DNA from: Mytilus californianus
Taxonomy: Eukaryota
Assembly: GCF_021869535.1 (NCBI RefSeq)
Contig: NW_026262712.1
Location: forward strand, 112,468,001-112,532,000
DNA length: 64,000 nt
Direction: 5' to 3'
The first letter of the stretch is position 1, and each line of letters opens with the position of its first letter. Below the pieces are notes generated by a model. That model was not told the origin of the DNA and searched no databases. It worked only from the letters and a program-made list of their open reading frames with translations. Shown one piece after another: positions 1-13,749 of this stretch. A program made the position numbers and the translations under genes.

Positions 1-254
1 CAGGGTCATTTCTGGTTTGCTTTTTCAATGTCATATGGCTTGTAACCTTATGCAAAAAGTACCATGGCTTTATCATGTATAAATATGAAGTTAAGGCAAA
101 GGTCAAAATCTAGAACGTCAAATTTACATATGACCTTGGCCTCAATGTCAAAGTCACACACCAAGGAACTCAAATGAAAATAACCCTAGATCTTTATGTT
201 ATGTGGTTCTTGAGTTATATCACCATATGCATAATTTTTAATAAAAGAGGGGAG

Positions 255-395
255 AAGAAAAAAGTAAAATCTCAAAAACTGAACTCCGAGGAAAATTCAA
301 AAAGGAAAGTCCCTAATCAAATGGCAAAACCAAAAGCTCAAACACATCAAACGAATGGATAAACAACTGTCATATTCCTGACTTGGTACAGGCAA
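255..395 (+). repeat. Interspersed repeat family R1
   Basis: aaagtaaaat..ctgaactccgaggaaaattcaaaa..gtcatattcctgacttggtacaggca; further copies (reverse) at ~14455-14600, 55305-55442 and 63355-63490, and a partial copy at 19020-19110. Confidence 0.85.
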
Positions 396-3300
396 GAAAA
401 CTCCTATTTAATGTCAACGTACTCTTCAGCTAAAATGTATGTGTTACGACATGTTTCCAAATAACAATTTAGTAGAAATATTTTGTCAATATCTTTTACG
501 GTTTTAAAAAGTGATAATAAGCCAAAATCAAAATTAGAATATGACCTTGACCTTTGACCTCAACCTTATTTTCTTTTTTATGGACCAAGGACCTCATATC
601 AAAAGACCCTAGGTCTCTATCACTTATGGTTTGCCAGTTACAAATACATTTCATTTATATCAAATACAGAAGGGGAAATACTTCTCATATGGAATCTCTT
701 CACCGCTTAGGTCAAAATTAATCATAACATCCTGAGAATATAACGAGCAATTTGGAAAAATAAATTTGTCGGTTTCTTTTACGGTTACGAATCTATTTAT
801 CAATTTTTAACAATTGAAACCAAACATTGTCTCCTTATTAACGATATTATTCGTATTCGACCAAATAAAGCAGCTGTCTTTGTACATGCTTGATAATACA
901 CCTTTTTTAATTCATCGTTAATATATTACAAAATTATTAAGAAGCTAAGATTCCAAATGCTGCAGGAAAGTTGATATTAGAAAAATTTGGCTATTCTTCT
1001 CACGTATTTATATTTATGGCAAAAGTTTGGGTTTGAGCGTTCCTGGTAAATGAAATCCATAAAAGCGATTCAGACGTATTTTTTTTCTATACTGAGGAAA
1101 CTTTAATAGATATAGAAAGACGATAAAAAGCAAAAATATCAATTAAATTAAGTGAACAAATATTAATTCTACTGCAGCTTTAATATAATTCCAAAAGCAG
1201 TAGTTGTCAATTATTAACAATTTGAAATTTGCTGTTTATAATTATTGAAACTTGTGTAGATTGATTAGTAAAAATCAAAAACTGAAAAGATGATGATTCA
1301 TACAACTTCTACAAAAAACAGTATGACTGATTGATATTATAGTCCGGATAAAAATGTTGTCGTGTGCATGTTTTTTTGGATACTTTTGTATTTTGATGAC
1401 TGTCTGTTGATATATTATCCATATCTCCTTTTCTTAACATAATTTTATCATAGTAAATTTGCTATCCAGTACGACTGTGAGTGTTCTCTTTTCGGTACGT
1501 TTTGTATTTTGCCATATTGTTATTCTGGTAAAATCATTTTCATTTTGCATTAAGTTTTCTGAAAATTGATTTTTTTTTTGTTAATATTAATAAACACTTT
1601 GTTTTTTATATTTTTATTATGAATGTTAATTGGGTTACTTTGTAGTATACTTGAATATAAGTATCTGATTGCCTACTACAATCAAGGGCATACGATACAG
1701 TAGCAGGGGCAGATAATAACGTTTTCAAAACTTTTCGTATTGTTTTCGCGACGTTGTTAATCAGAACGTTGTTATTTCGCGATGTTTGTAATAAGAACGA
1801 TTACATTTCGCGACGTCGCTTTAGATGTAGTCACATTTGCGGAAATCCACTGACGGCATAATTCCGATTGCGCGAATTTGAAAAAAGTACCTGCAATGAA
1901 AATCGGCCAAATCACAAGAATTGTTATATTTCTTCATTAATAAGGAAGTCAACAATATTAACTTCGAATGGGAAAAAAATCAAATCCACATTCTTAATTT
2001 TGTATGTCTGTTATTTCATATAGGAAATGAATAAGAGATATGAAAAACATAAGACGTCGATGAGAGAGAAACCCAACTACACAAAAAAAAATCGGCACAC
2101 AGGAATTAGGTATTTGACAGACCAGAGTTGCAACTTATTGATGTTAAGTTACTGACCAAATACGAAGTCTTTTTGTAAAGGAGTTTCTCCGATAAGAAAC
2201 AAAATATTTGTTGGACCGGACAAACAATGTGGTTCCACTCACTCCTAGATTGAAGGTATAATACAGACAAGTAATTCAGTGACTATATGTACCGTAATAA
2301 AAAAAAAATACCCTGGAGACAAGCTTAGGTAACTTATCTATTGATACAGAATCATTAAATTTCATGCTCTAATATCGACTGCTATATGACATGTTATACA
2401 TTTTTGTACTACACTGTAATGGACTAAGCTGACCCGATTTAATGTGGGTATGATTATGTGTTCATGCAATGCCTATAGAGTAGGTCGTTAGTTTTCTTGT
2501 TTGAATTATTTCACATTGTCATGTCGGGGCTTTTTAAAGCTGACCATACGGTGTGGCTTTTTCTTTTTCTTTTTTGTTGTGTTGAAGGCCGTAGGGTGAC
2601 CTTTAGTAGCGTTTATCTTCGTCATTTGAACTATGGTTGATAGTTGTCTCATTTGCAATCATATCAAATGTTCTTATTTTTATATCATCCCCTTGCTTTA
2701 TAATTGTTGCACATTTTGTCATGTCGGGGCCTTTTGAATAATTAAAACTATGTTCAAGCTGTGTTGTCTACATGAATTGTATGACTAATGTCGGACAGAG
2801 ATGCAAATTAATTTATTATTATATATATCTGTTTTGTTTCCAAAACATTTCTTTTCTAAAAGTTATTTACTAGAATACTTTTTCTATACAAGTTTTAATT
2901 CGTAACAATTCATAAAGGTTTGGCAAATATGATGCTATTTTACGAGGAGCCAGCTTTATTAATTTTCATGATTAATATTATTGGTTTAAAAAAAAACACC
3001 TTGGCTCTACCACTGAAATCGACAACGTAGTAGTGAACTGCGGGAAAGATTTCACGACGTTGTTGCGAATAAAACTTATTCCAATTTAGTTTGGCGCCTT
3101 ATTGGCAAACGTCCCGTTTGCCAATAAAAATTAAGGTTTATTGCTTTTAATGAAAAAACAAGCACATGGACCCCCAGTTTTTTCTTTTGCAATCGATCAA
3201 ATTCTGTTTCAAGAACGCTCCGCCAAAATTTTAAGAAAAAATCAACGATAGAATTTTTTCTGCACTTCTGTGTAGATGCAAAAATATTTTCAACTTCTTT

Positions 3301-3689
3301 ATTTCACTTGTATTAAAAGAATTTAGGATATAATTATTTATTTCAACCGTTAACTTGTTACAGCATTATGATGCCATGGATCAAGGCGACATTTTACAAA
3401 AAACCCGGTTAAATTATGACTGTTTGTTCAAAAGTATTGGTACTTTCCTTAAAAGTCCCTATTTTAGAATTTTCAGTGTTTTTCCTTCAAATATGCAAAT
3501 TTCGAACCAAATTATCTCAAAAAGTAAGTCATGAAGGTATATTATTCTTTGCATATTTCAAAAGTACACATCGAAATTGACCTTCTACCTAAATTTGCTG
3601 ATTGTATGATTTTCAAAGTTTCCGTTAAATGTATTCATTAAAAGATGTGAGATATTCAGACGCAAACATCGCCATCAACTCGTTTTACT

Positions 3690-4380
3690 GATCATGATAT
3701 ATTGCTGTATCAGAATTTTTGCGTTAAATTATCATAAAATTCTGCTGTATCAGCGCCTGGGTTTTTCATATCATGAAATACTGCTGTTTCAGCACCTGGG
3801 TTTTTACTTATCATGAAATATTGCTGGTTCAGCATCTGGGTTTTTATGCCCCACCTACGATAGTAGTAGGGGCATTATGTTTTCTGGTCTGTGCGTCCGT
3901 TCGTCCGTCTGTTCGTCCGTCCGTCCGTCCGTCTGTCCCGCTTCAAGTTAAAGTTTTTGGTCAAAGTAGTTTTTGATGAAGTTGAAGTCCAATCAACTTG
4001 AAGCTTAGTACACATGTTCCCTATGATATGATCTTTCTAATTTCAATGCCAAATTAGAGTTTTGACCCCAATTTTACGGTTCACTGAATATAGAAAATGA
4101 TAGTGCGAATGGGGCATCCGTGTACTATGGACACATTATTGTTACTTATCATGAAATATTGCTGTCTCAGCCCAATGGATATTCCATATCATGAAATACT
4201 ACTGTTTAAGCACATGGCTTTTTACATATCATGAAATATTGCTGATACAGCACCTGGGTTTTTACATATCATGAAATATTGCAGATTCAACACCTGGGTT
4301 TTTATATATCATGAAATATTGCTGTTTAAGCACCTAGGTTTTTACATAACGAGAAATAGTGCTGTTTCGGCATTTGGGTT
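3690..4380. repeat. ~40-bp minisatellite (ATATCATGAAATATTGCTG..CAGCACCTGGGTTTTTAC) interrupted by a HINE-like element
   Basis: About 9-10 diverged units visible on both sides of 3843-4143. Confidence 0.9.
3843..4143 (+). mobile_element. Non-autonomous Helentron-associated (HINE/DINE-like) element
   Basis: 5' ATGCCCC..GGGGCAT hairpin, internal (CGTC)n microsatellite, 3' GGGGCAT repeat followed by a short GTGT..ACAC stem-loop. Inserted after a T-run with no TSD. Confidence 0.75.
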
Positions 4381-5899
4381 CACTTTGATTTTTATGGAGT
4401 TCCAAAATGCTTAAATTCAGTTTTCTGTGTTTTGTTGTATTCAATTTATCGTTTTGATTTTGGCCATTGTTTTATTTCCCAAGTTTAGTTTTATTTTCTA
4501 ACTTTTTTTTTTTATTATAGACTGTTCTTTGTCTTTTTGTCTGTTTTCTGTTTTAGCCATAATTTTGTAAGTATCTTTACGAATTATGGGGTTACATTTT
4601 TCAATTTGTATCTTCCGCCTTCTTTCAGATGGAATGTCATTACTAAAGTTGCAACTGTCTGGATTACACCAACTATAAATAAAGCTTAATGTATATCTAG
4701 GATACTGTTCAAGAAAAAAATTTGAACGAAAAAGGCTTTACATATACTTAGACATTTAATGCAAACAAGCACAATTATAATACGACTCCTTAATGGAATT
4801 CTTTTATGATAATTGTTGAAATGATTGACAGAAACTTTTATAATAAAATTGTCAGCGAGTTCAGAAGTCAAAACCTGTAAATATCACTGAAATTGTCATT
4901 TGTTTTCTTTCATGGGTTAATAACCTTATCTTACAAGATTTTTGATAATTCTAGCGGTTTGTTTTCTTTGATCATGAGTTCAAATATTTAAAATCAGACT
5001 GTTTTTAATTTTTGGCATCAATTGAAAATTGCACTCAAACTTCTGAAAGATCTATTACACATAATTACGATTTACCTGTGAACATATTTGTCTTTCAACT
5101 TCCTGATATTCAATACATGACTTTGTCTTCATTTATAGTGTCAATGAATAATGAAGAGGTGTCCTAAACATTCACACATACTTATATTATTATCCCAAAA
5201 TGAATAATAAAAATAAATAAGTACACCAAAAATTATAGAGGTAAGACAAACATTTAAGAAAAAAGAAAAAAACAATAAATGATCTTGAAAAGAAAATGTT
5301 ATTATTCATTGCATCTAGATCGAAAACTGTAGGTGTAGTTAATAACGTAATAGGTCTTTTCTTTTAACGCACTCCTGCTGGCACATGTGTCCATCGGTCT
5401 CCATTAAGACGGCTTCGTACAACTCGGTCAAAAATATTTTTGTAAGCATTATTATACATCTATTAAACTAAATGAGAACAGAAGAGATATCAAGGAATCA
5501 ATGACCAATTCAAAATCCGATATAAAACGGAAACTACAATGCCTAAAACTAAATCGACAAAAAGACATACAGCAATTACAATAATGAACACTGCCAACTC
5601 GGGACAAGTACAAAAACTTAAACGAATTTGTTAAAAAGTCAAGTTGCAATTCAATTTCGATATAACTTTATTCTGTTAATCAGATTTTATTTGTATAGTT
5701 ATCTTGTATTGCCATGGTGATTTATATTTGTACAGTTACCTCGTATTAACATGGCAAATCATATTTGTATAGATATCTCGTACAGGTATAAGTATTGCAG
5801 ATTATATTGTTAAGTTATTTCGTATTATAATATCATTGTATTTTGATTAACTTTTTTTATGTACACTGCCTTTATTATCTATATAAAGCTATTTTATGT

Positions 5900-7730
5900 T
5901 TTAGCGACCCAAGCCTTTCGTCAGGCCACTGTAAAAGATATGCATAATTCCAAATGTACGAAAACCCAATGGGAATATCAGTTATTGTAATATCTATTGT
6001 TATAAATAATACGCTCTACATTTTTTGTAATCTTTTCATATTTTGATCTGTCGAGTTCAAACAAACAATCACATGACAATATGAATTCTGGTGTGATAAT
6101 AAAATATAATGTATCTGCTGTTTTGGATGCTCTCTGCCTCGTTGTCTGCATGACTACTTCCACCTAAAAAATCGCGTTCTTTAATGCATAACGTCAGTCC
6201 CTAATTGTCCTTAAGTTTTGGTGCTAAGACATCTTTTATTCAATACACACTCTCTCCTTCATATGATATATAAACGTCATACTGATAGTTCCTCCGGACT
6301 TTAAGCTGAACAACACGGCGAATGAATCCATAAATAGAGAATATGATCTTCAATCTTTTACATTACAACACAAGCAGCAGGGTTATTACGACAAATGTAG
6401 ATATTAAAGTTGATGGAAAAGTTAACCACATAGTACTCTTACAGTCCGCAAACAAGTCGGATAAAGAGTTGTAGGCAATAAGTGTATCAATAACTGAACC
6501 ATTAGATAATTTACATTTGTATGACCGGCTGTCCAGATTAACTTTTGTGTCTTTTATTCACCTTATCAAATCTACATTATCACAAGTGCACTCAAATGCA
6601 TTACCACCGATATACAGATGAAGTTGATGCCTTTTGTCCGCCCAGTTTCTGATGACTGAACTCACACTTGTTAATAGATTCTGTCTTATATCAAGCATCT
6701 TTATATTAGTGAGACCAGTTCACCGTTCATGAATAGTTTTGAGAAAATCTTTTGTTCAAAATAAACTTGACAAATTAAGCATTTGCTGTACAAGACCGTT
6801 TGGAAAATACCAAATATCATTTTCATATATATCCAACGATACGACAGATAAAAAATTTTGAAACAATCGGTTTCCTTGAAACTTTATTCCATCACTAAAA
6901 CCAACATTTTTCCACACACTAATGTTTTAGGGTTATGAGAAGGAAAACGATTAAACTCGTTCAATAAAAATGAGTAGTATCCTCAATCACAAATGAAAGT
7001 TCCAGATGAAGCTGACTGTTATCAATGGACCAATTTGCTTGTGAATAAGACATATCCATAAATGTAATGTTGTTGTCAGCAGGAACAATAAACATTTTTC
7101 GTGGGAAATATCTAAGGATCGTGTAGCTGACATTCATTTTCTCCAGGTATTTTGGAACTATTTGAATTAAAACCAGAAACATCTGAATTTTTCAGCATAT
7201 ATTTGACAGCCTTACAAGAAAAGTCAAATGATTTCAACCCAACGGCTTCTTCAAAAAACGTCTTGCCCCATTTAACCTTTCCCGTTAGCAAGCAAAAACC
7301 TTTTTCATTTAAAGGAGAGATGTAAACATTCCGGACGTTTAAGGGATAATAAAGACCCAGGTTCGTAGTCAACAATGCCATTCACGGATAAATCTATATC
7401 ATTATATCGGACGTGATAGTCAAAGCAAAGGTGAAATCACTACTATCTAAACTGACGTCATTAACATGACCTAAATTAATTGTAGTTATATTAGCATTAC
7501 TGAATATCCGTACCAGCTTCAATGCAGGCTTCAAAAGCATAAACGTTCCAGATAAGTATATATACGTAGATGTGGAAACGGCAGCAAGGCATACTTTTCC
7601 GAAATTACAAAGTTAAACCGACAATTTTTGAGAGCTCTTCTATGGAAGATGAAAACCTCTAAAGCGTTTTATTTTTTGACAGGCTTATTAAATAACATGA
7701 TTGGAATTGTAATTCATTAAGGTTATTCAT
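5900..7730 (-). pseudogene. TLR A, 3' part (LRRs, LRR-CT, TM, TIR), degraded
   Basis: Fragments read FIITPEFILSCDCLFELDRSKYEKITKNVERII (TIR), KERDFLGGS, GNAFECTCDN and MNNLNELQFQSCYLISLS; many frameshifts. Confidence 0.88.
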
Positions 7731-10700
7731 TCGACTTAAAATACAACTGTGATGTAAATCTTTTGTTCAAACTCTCCATTATTTTCAGGAATGGAGAGTT
7801 ATTTTCTTTTGTTCATCTTCGTTCATCCGGACGTTTTGCCCTTTGGATATTTCCATGGGCACTTTTTTAAAAAGTTTTCACCCATGGAAATAATCCTCAA
7901 GGTCGAAACGCGATATTGAATGAAGATGAAAACTTACTAAAACGACTGTTAATGGATTTAAAAAAAAAAAATAGGGATCGTAGTAATACAATGAACACCA
8001 AATAACTCATTATTAATAAACAGCTGTTATTTGCGAGTTGTAATTCCATTGTATAACATATAGTATCGTTTTTACTAAAATTTCATTACATTATCCATAT
8101 TTTGTTTTCCGATGCAAATCGTGGCTGCATTTTTGTCACGGATAGTATCCAAGGGGTAAAAACGGATATTTTCCATTGAGTGCCATTCCTCTTCTGTGCA
8201 TCTACAAAATATCAAATGTGTTTACTCAGTTGAATTCTTTTGTGATATTGAACACATTAGAATTATTCAATAAGGAAAATTAGTCTTATAGATGCATGAT
8301 TTTTTTTATTAGTTGTTTTTGGCTTTGAACTAGCTGTCAGTAACTGCGAGTACTCTCAGATCTGTACTTAGTGTCTTTTTGTTGTAGGGATGTATAAGTA
8401 CCCTGCCACGTCCACTCTGTGTTTTTGTCACTTGTTTTTGTGCTTAGAATCTATCGGATGAGTTAAGCCCTTTTCAGCTGATTTTTATAGTTTGTTCATA
8501 TGTTGTACTGTTACACCACTGTCCAAAGTTAGGGGGAGGGTTGGGCGCCCGCTAACATGTTTAACCCCGCCACATTCTGTATGTGCCTGTCCCAAGTAAG
8601 AAGCGTGTAATTCAGTGTTTGTCGTTTGTTGCCGTATATCATATTTGTTTTTATATAATGTTGTATATTATTTTATACATAAATCGGGCCGTTAGTTTTC
8701 TCGTTTGAATTGTTTTACATTTGTCATTTCGAGGCCTTTTATAACTGACTATGCGGTATGGGCTTTGCTCATTGTTGAAGGCCATACGGTGACCTATAGT
8801 TGTTAATTTCTGTGTCATTTGGTCTCTTGTGTAGTTGTCTCATTGACAATCATACTACATTTTCTTATTTCTATATTTAATTACAGATTTGATTTTAATT
8901 TTACCGTTTAAGATATCATTTGCTTGAAATTTAAAGTGTTGTATTTTGATTTTGTACAGCAAAATCGTTTGTTCCATTTTATAATAAATATACATTAACA
9001 AAAGAAATATTACTCGGATAGTTTCAACAACAGTATTGTGGTTAAATAGAATAAATAGTTCAAGAAACTGAAGTGGTGAAAATGGCGTATTCGGTATATC
9101 ATTTGATTTTTTGTTGTTATAATTTGAATATAGTGTTAATAAATAGAATTTGAGGGGGGTATGGATAACATTTGAATAAGACTTGAGTTAAATATTGGGT
9201 GGGATGGTTATTCAATTTTCAACAGAAACGCGTAACATAATCGAATTCGTTTACTGTTGTTATATGTCCAGTGGCATATATAAAAGTTATATCGGGAGTG
9301 CAAATGACGGCGTTAATCTTGAAATGTTTTAATGAAATAAAAAAAAAAATAACTCACAAATCTAGATATTAATAAATCAACCGGGACCGATGGAGTTGGC
9401 CCAAGAATATTAAAAGTATCAAAGTCAATAATTGTAGATTCTCTAACTCATATTTTAAACCTTAGTTTATGTACATGTATATTTCCAGATATTCTAAAGT
9501 ATGCAAAAGTAACTCCAATTTTCAAAGCCGGTAATAAGGATGATCCGAACAATTATCGTCCTATCTCAATTTTACATACAGTGTCCAAGATTTTTGAGAG
9601 GACTGTGTTTAAACATTTATATTCATTTTTAACTAAATACAAACTACTAGTACAACAACAATATGGATTTAGAGAAAAACACTCATGCCACCCAGCAAAA
9701 TAATTGACAAATGGTTAGAAGAATTTGACAAAGACAACTTCACTGCTGTTTTATTTCTAGATTTAAAAAAAGCATTTGATACTGTTAACCATAACATCTT
9801 ATTATCGAAACTTAATTTATATAAATGTGATGGTCACTCTGTTAAGTGGTTTTCGTCCTACCTTTCAAATAGATTGCAAAAGGTTAAAATTGGAACAACT
9901 GTATCAGGATACAATAATGTAACATTCAGGGTCCAACAAGGTTCCATATTAGGACCTTCATTATTCTTAATCAATATAAATGATCTCCCGTTTACATTAA
10001 AACACACAGAGTCTGAACTATATGCTGATGACACAACTTTGCATATATCGTCCAAATCTATTTCAAACTTAAACTCTTGCTTAAATAAAGACTTTGAAAA
10101 CGTAATTGAATGGTGTGCTAAAACAATATGATAACAAATAATAAGAAGTCCAAATGTATGCTTATGGGATCTGAGAGAAAACTTGAGAATTGTAATGATG
10201 TCTTGTGTGTATTATCGCAAAATCAGACTTTATTTGACAATATGGAAGTAGAAAAACTTCTTGGTATCCATATAGATAAAAATCTATTATGGTCAATTCA
10301 CATAGATAAAGTATGTGAGATTTTTTCAAGCAGATTATACCTGCTACGTTAAATAGATTAAAACGATACTTTCCTCGCAAAGGTCTTATCCTTTTAACAA
10401 CAGTTATATATTACCAATAATTGATTATTGTTGCACCATATGGGGTTTTACCGCAAACTGCAACATTGAGCGGATTCATAAGCTGCAAAATCGCACAGCA
10501 AGATTAATTTTGAATAAACCTTTTGATTATCCATCAATATCAATGTTTAAAGAACTTAATTGGATGACCATTTTTACACGGATAAAATATTTTCAAGCCA
10601 TTTTAATGTTTAAATGTATGAATGGGCTAGCGCCAGATTATCTTACTAGTAAATTTACTGCGTGCAGTGATCTATATAGTTATTCTCTTAGGTCAACAAC

Positions 10701-11628
10701 ATCTGGACATCTTCATTTACCAAGGCCAAAGTCTGAATACTTCAAAAAGACTTTTCAATATTCTGGTCTAATTATTTGGAATAGTTTGCCTAATGATATA
10801 AAAGATTCAAGTCATATAGAAAGCCTTAAGGTGAAATTTGCTAATCTTTTTTTCACAAAACAAAATGAGTAGACAAACATTTTTTTCACTTAGGACATTC
10901 TTGCCATGCTAGTTCTACAGTCTGTTTTCATGCTTGTGTATATAGATTTGTAATTGTGTACATCTCTATTGATTATTGTGTTATATGCATTAATTGTTAT
11001 ATGTATTAATTGTTCATTTTAATGTGTATAGGCCTCGTGTGAGATTAACAATTGTATGTAAAATGAGTTACCTTCGTTAAATAAAGAATTTATTATTATT
11101 ATAAGTAGTTTTCCACTCAATTTAAAGACTACAAAAAGCAATCTAGAAATGTTTTTAATCACGCGGGTTTTTTTTTCTAAATCTTTTTTGCCTCCTTTCT
11201 GATATTAGGTAAGAATGAAAAATATTTTCAGTTTGCTTGTATTGCTATTTAAGACTTATCTGCTAAAACATGCATAACATTTTTTTCGTTGTTATGAGCA
11301 AAGGGAAAGAAAAAAATGTTGGGGTATGCATGAAACATGAAACACTGTTTTCTTGTATAATTCTATTTGATCTAATATAATGGTTTGAAATATCGAATTA
11401 TGTGGATTATTGGGTACAACACGGGGAAATGAAAAGAAAACCATTACAAAATGAAATATTTTTTTTTATTAAATGTTATAATCTAAAGATTCGTTCTTAA
11501 TATTTAAGGTGTATTTTAAGTTAGCGAAAGTCCAAATAATTGTCCATTCCTGGGAAATAATGGGCGTCGGCCCTACGGGCCTCCGCTCTATTATTTCTCA
11601 GGAATAGACAGTTATTTGGACTTTTTCT
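7731..11628 (+). mobile_element. 3.9-kb insertion with no TSD, sub-terminal inverted repeats and long terminal hairpins (Helentron/Helitron2-like, tentative)
   Basis: Removing it restores the TLR A frame exactly. Inverted repeat ACTTAAAATACAACT (7734-7748) matches AGGTGTATTTTAAGT (11507-11521) at 14/15. Imperfect hairpins at 7812-7930 and 11526-11627. Confidence 0.7.
9352..11103 (+). mobile_element. 5'-truncated non-LTR retrotransposon (LINE, CR1/L2-like RT), degenerate
   Basis: RT motifs FLDLKKAFDTVNHNILLSKL, QGSILGPSLFLININDLP and LYADDTT, and a C-terminal FQYSGLIIWNSLP segment, split over frameshifted ORFs 9685..10872. AATAAA at ~11080 followed by a (TTA)n tail. Confidence 0.9.
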
Positions 11629-12167
11629 ATAACTGAATCCACTTCCGAAATGGTGCATAGGCATATTGTCGATTGCTAGGAAAGACAACTTTCTAAGAAC
11701 ACCGAGTGCATGATCAGAGTAGTAAAACACTGTGACAAAATCTTCTAGTAAGAGCTTATTACTCCAAATATCCAATTTTGTTAGATTTCCGATCGGAAAA
11801 AGTAGTTCTGCCGAATACACTTTAGATAAATGAAGCAAAATGTGAGACATGTCTAGCTCTGAAAGATTGCATAACCATCAAAACGATTCACTTGATAAAT
11901 TACTAAATTTTTTTTAACCTAAAAACAGTTCTATAATTGACGAAAGAATTGTTTTTAATGCTTGTGATCAGATTTGAACGCAGATCAAGATAAGTTATGT
12001 CCACTTGTAAAATTTGACGTTTAAACGTAAGTCCTCTGTCTGAACAATTAGCTACTTTAACGTTCTCTCGTCCTTTAATTAAATGTTTGATATCACAGTC
12101 AGATGAATCTAAATATTCATCACAGTTCATAACACAAAAAATATTGTATAATGATAATCATCACCAT
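11629..12167 (-). pseudogene. TLR A, 5' part (signal peptide, LRR-NT, first LRRs)
   Basis: ORF fragments DCDIKHLIKGRENVKVANCSDRGL and YSAELLFPIGNLTKLDI..MPMHHFGSGFSY. Joins in frame with the 7730 side: GGA TTC AGT TAT|ATG AAT AAC CTT. Confidence 0.88.
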
Positions 12168-13134
12168 ATTTTTACCTGAATATCAAAGACAGGAATTTCC
12201 ACCGTTTTTGTAATAGAAATTATTAAGAAAGTCCTTAGCAGACTGTCCCAGGTGTTTATGAAATATTCTATTACCCTCATAATTTTGCACCCATTAATGA
12301 CACACCTGTATCAGATTTAATTTACATAATGAAAAGTCATGTGATGTCTGTTATAGTTGACGCGTATTTTAAAGTTTTCTTGTCGTTGATGGTGTCCGGA
12401 ATGATCAAATGAAAGACCAACCGTACGCATTTCTTTCATTTAACAATCTTGACATATCACGGTGTGTTATACGACAAAAAAACCTTCAATATGCATAATA
12501 CCACCTATATAACGTAAAGCAATATTCAGTTTCTGCAGCGTTTAGGTTTAAATACACGCTAAGACTTATTTATTATAAAAATAAATCTAACTAATTATTC
12601 TAGATATAAACTTTAGATATCACTGTTCTGTTACAACACAAATATTCCTGTAGCTGCATGAAGTATGAAGTATATAAAATCACTTTGTAAGTAATTTATT
12701 AATATAACCTTATAAAAGAGAGATGCTATGGGCTTTTCTTGTAACACGATACTGCAGAAAAAACAAATTTTTCTCAAAACGTACTATTCAGAATAATTGT
12801 ATTCCCTCTTATGTCTGGCAGTACATTTATGTTTTCAAAAATTGAGAATCAAGATCAAATAGTAAAGCACCCCATTTTTCTCTAATATAAAACACGTGGC
12901 TGTTCCCATATAGAAATTGAGAATATTTGATCATACGATTAAATAAAAGGGGGAATGGAATTTTTCTGTCTTAACCATATCATAGATAGAATATTGAAAG
13001 GTAAAGCCGAAATTGGCAACAACGCACAATACTTGTGAAATTAATTAAATATTTGAGAAAAGTGTGGTTTGCATTATAATGAAGCAAAATATTACCCCTC
13101 TACATGTCGTTTTGTTATGCTTTAATATGCAAAT

Positions 13135-13340
13135 AAGGAGATGCTGTATGATTGCCAATGAGACAACCATCTACCCAAGTTCAAATGAAGTGGATGTAAG
13201 CAATTATAGGCAACCGTGTGGCCTTCAACAATGAAAAAAAATCCATACCGTATAGTCGGCTATAAAAGGCCCCGACATAAAAAATATGAAGCAATTCAAT
13301 TGAGAAAGTAAAGGCCTAATTTATAACAAAACAATTTGCC
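13135..13340 (+). repeat. Interspersed repeat family R2
   Basis: agatg..gtatgattgccaatgagacaac..ggccttcaacaatga..agctataaaaggccc; other copies at ~2470-2665(-), 8690-8870(-), 27950-28120(+), 41605-41790(+), 56350-56560(+) and 61335-61510(-). Confidence 0.85.
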
Positions 13341-13749
13341 TTAAACCCATTTCATTGAAACTTTGATTAGGGTTAGGGTATCGTCCGCGTTGTTTCTACA
13401 AAAGAATGACATATCGTTTTGAAAGAAAATATGCATATAACGGCATTGTACATGATAAAAAGGAGATGCGGGAGATTCCTAAGATTTATTCAAACTCCTT
13501 AATCGAAGACAGCCTGACAACAACCCTATGACAAAAAACCAAAAAAAAAGAAATACCAAAAGACATACAGCAGCCTACAAAATACAACATAGAAAACTAA
13601 AGACTGAGCAACACGAACTCCACCAAAATTCGGGAACGATCTTACATGTCAGGTGATCTAAGAGGGTAGACAGATACTTCTGCACATGTGGAAACCGTAC
13701 TATTTTGACAAGTTCTCCGAAAAGGATATTATCGAAATCGAAGTGCTAA

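Noticed and set aside
1030-1078. Second hammerhead-like motif (gagcgttcctggtaaatgaaatccataaaagcgattcagacg)
   Set aside because: The CUGAUGA and GAAA cores are missing; at most a decayed remnant.
7731-11628. The insertion in TLR A as a spliceosomal intron
   Set aside because: Minus-strand ends are AG..GA rather than GT..AG, all paralogs are uninterrupted there, and A has other inactivating lesions.
12188-12200. AGGAATTTCC kappaB-like site near the TLR A start, and similar motifs at 53221 and 55383
   Set aside because: Short motifs expected by chance in AT-rich DNA or derived from repeats; not conserved across paralogs.
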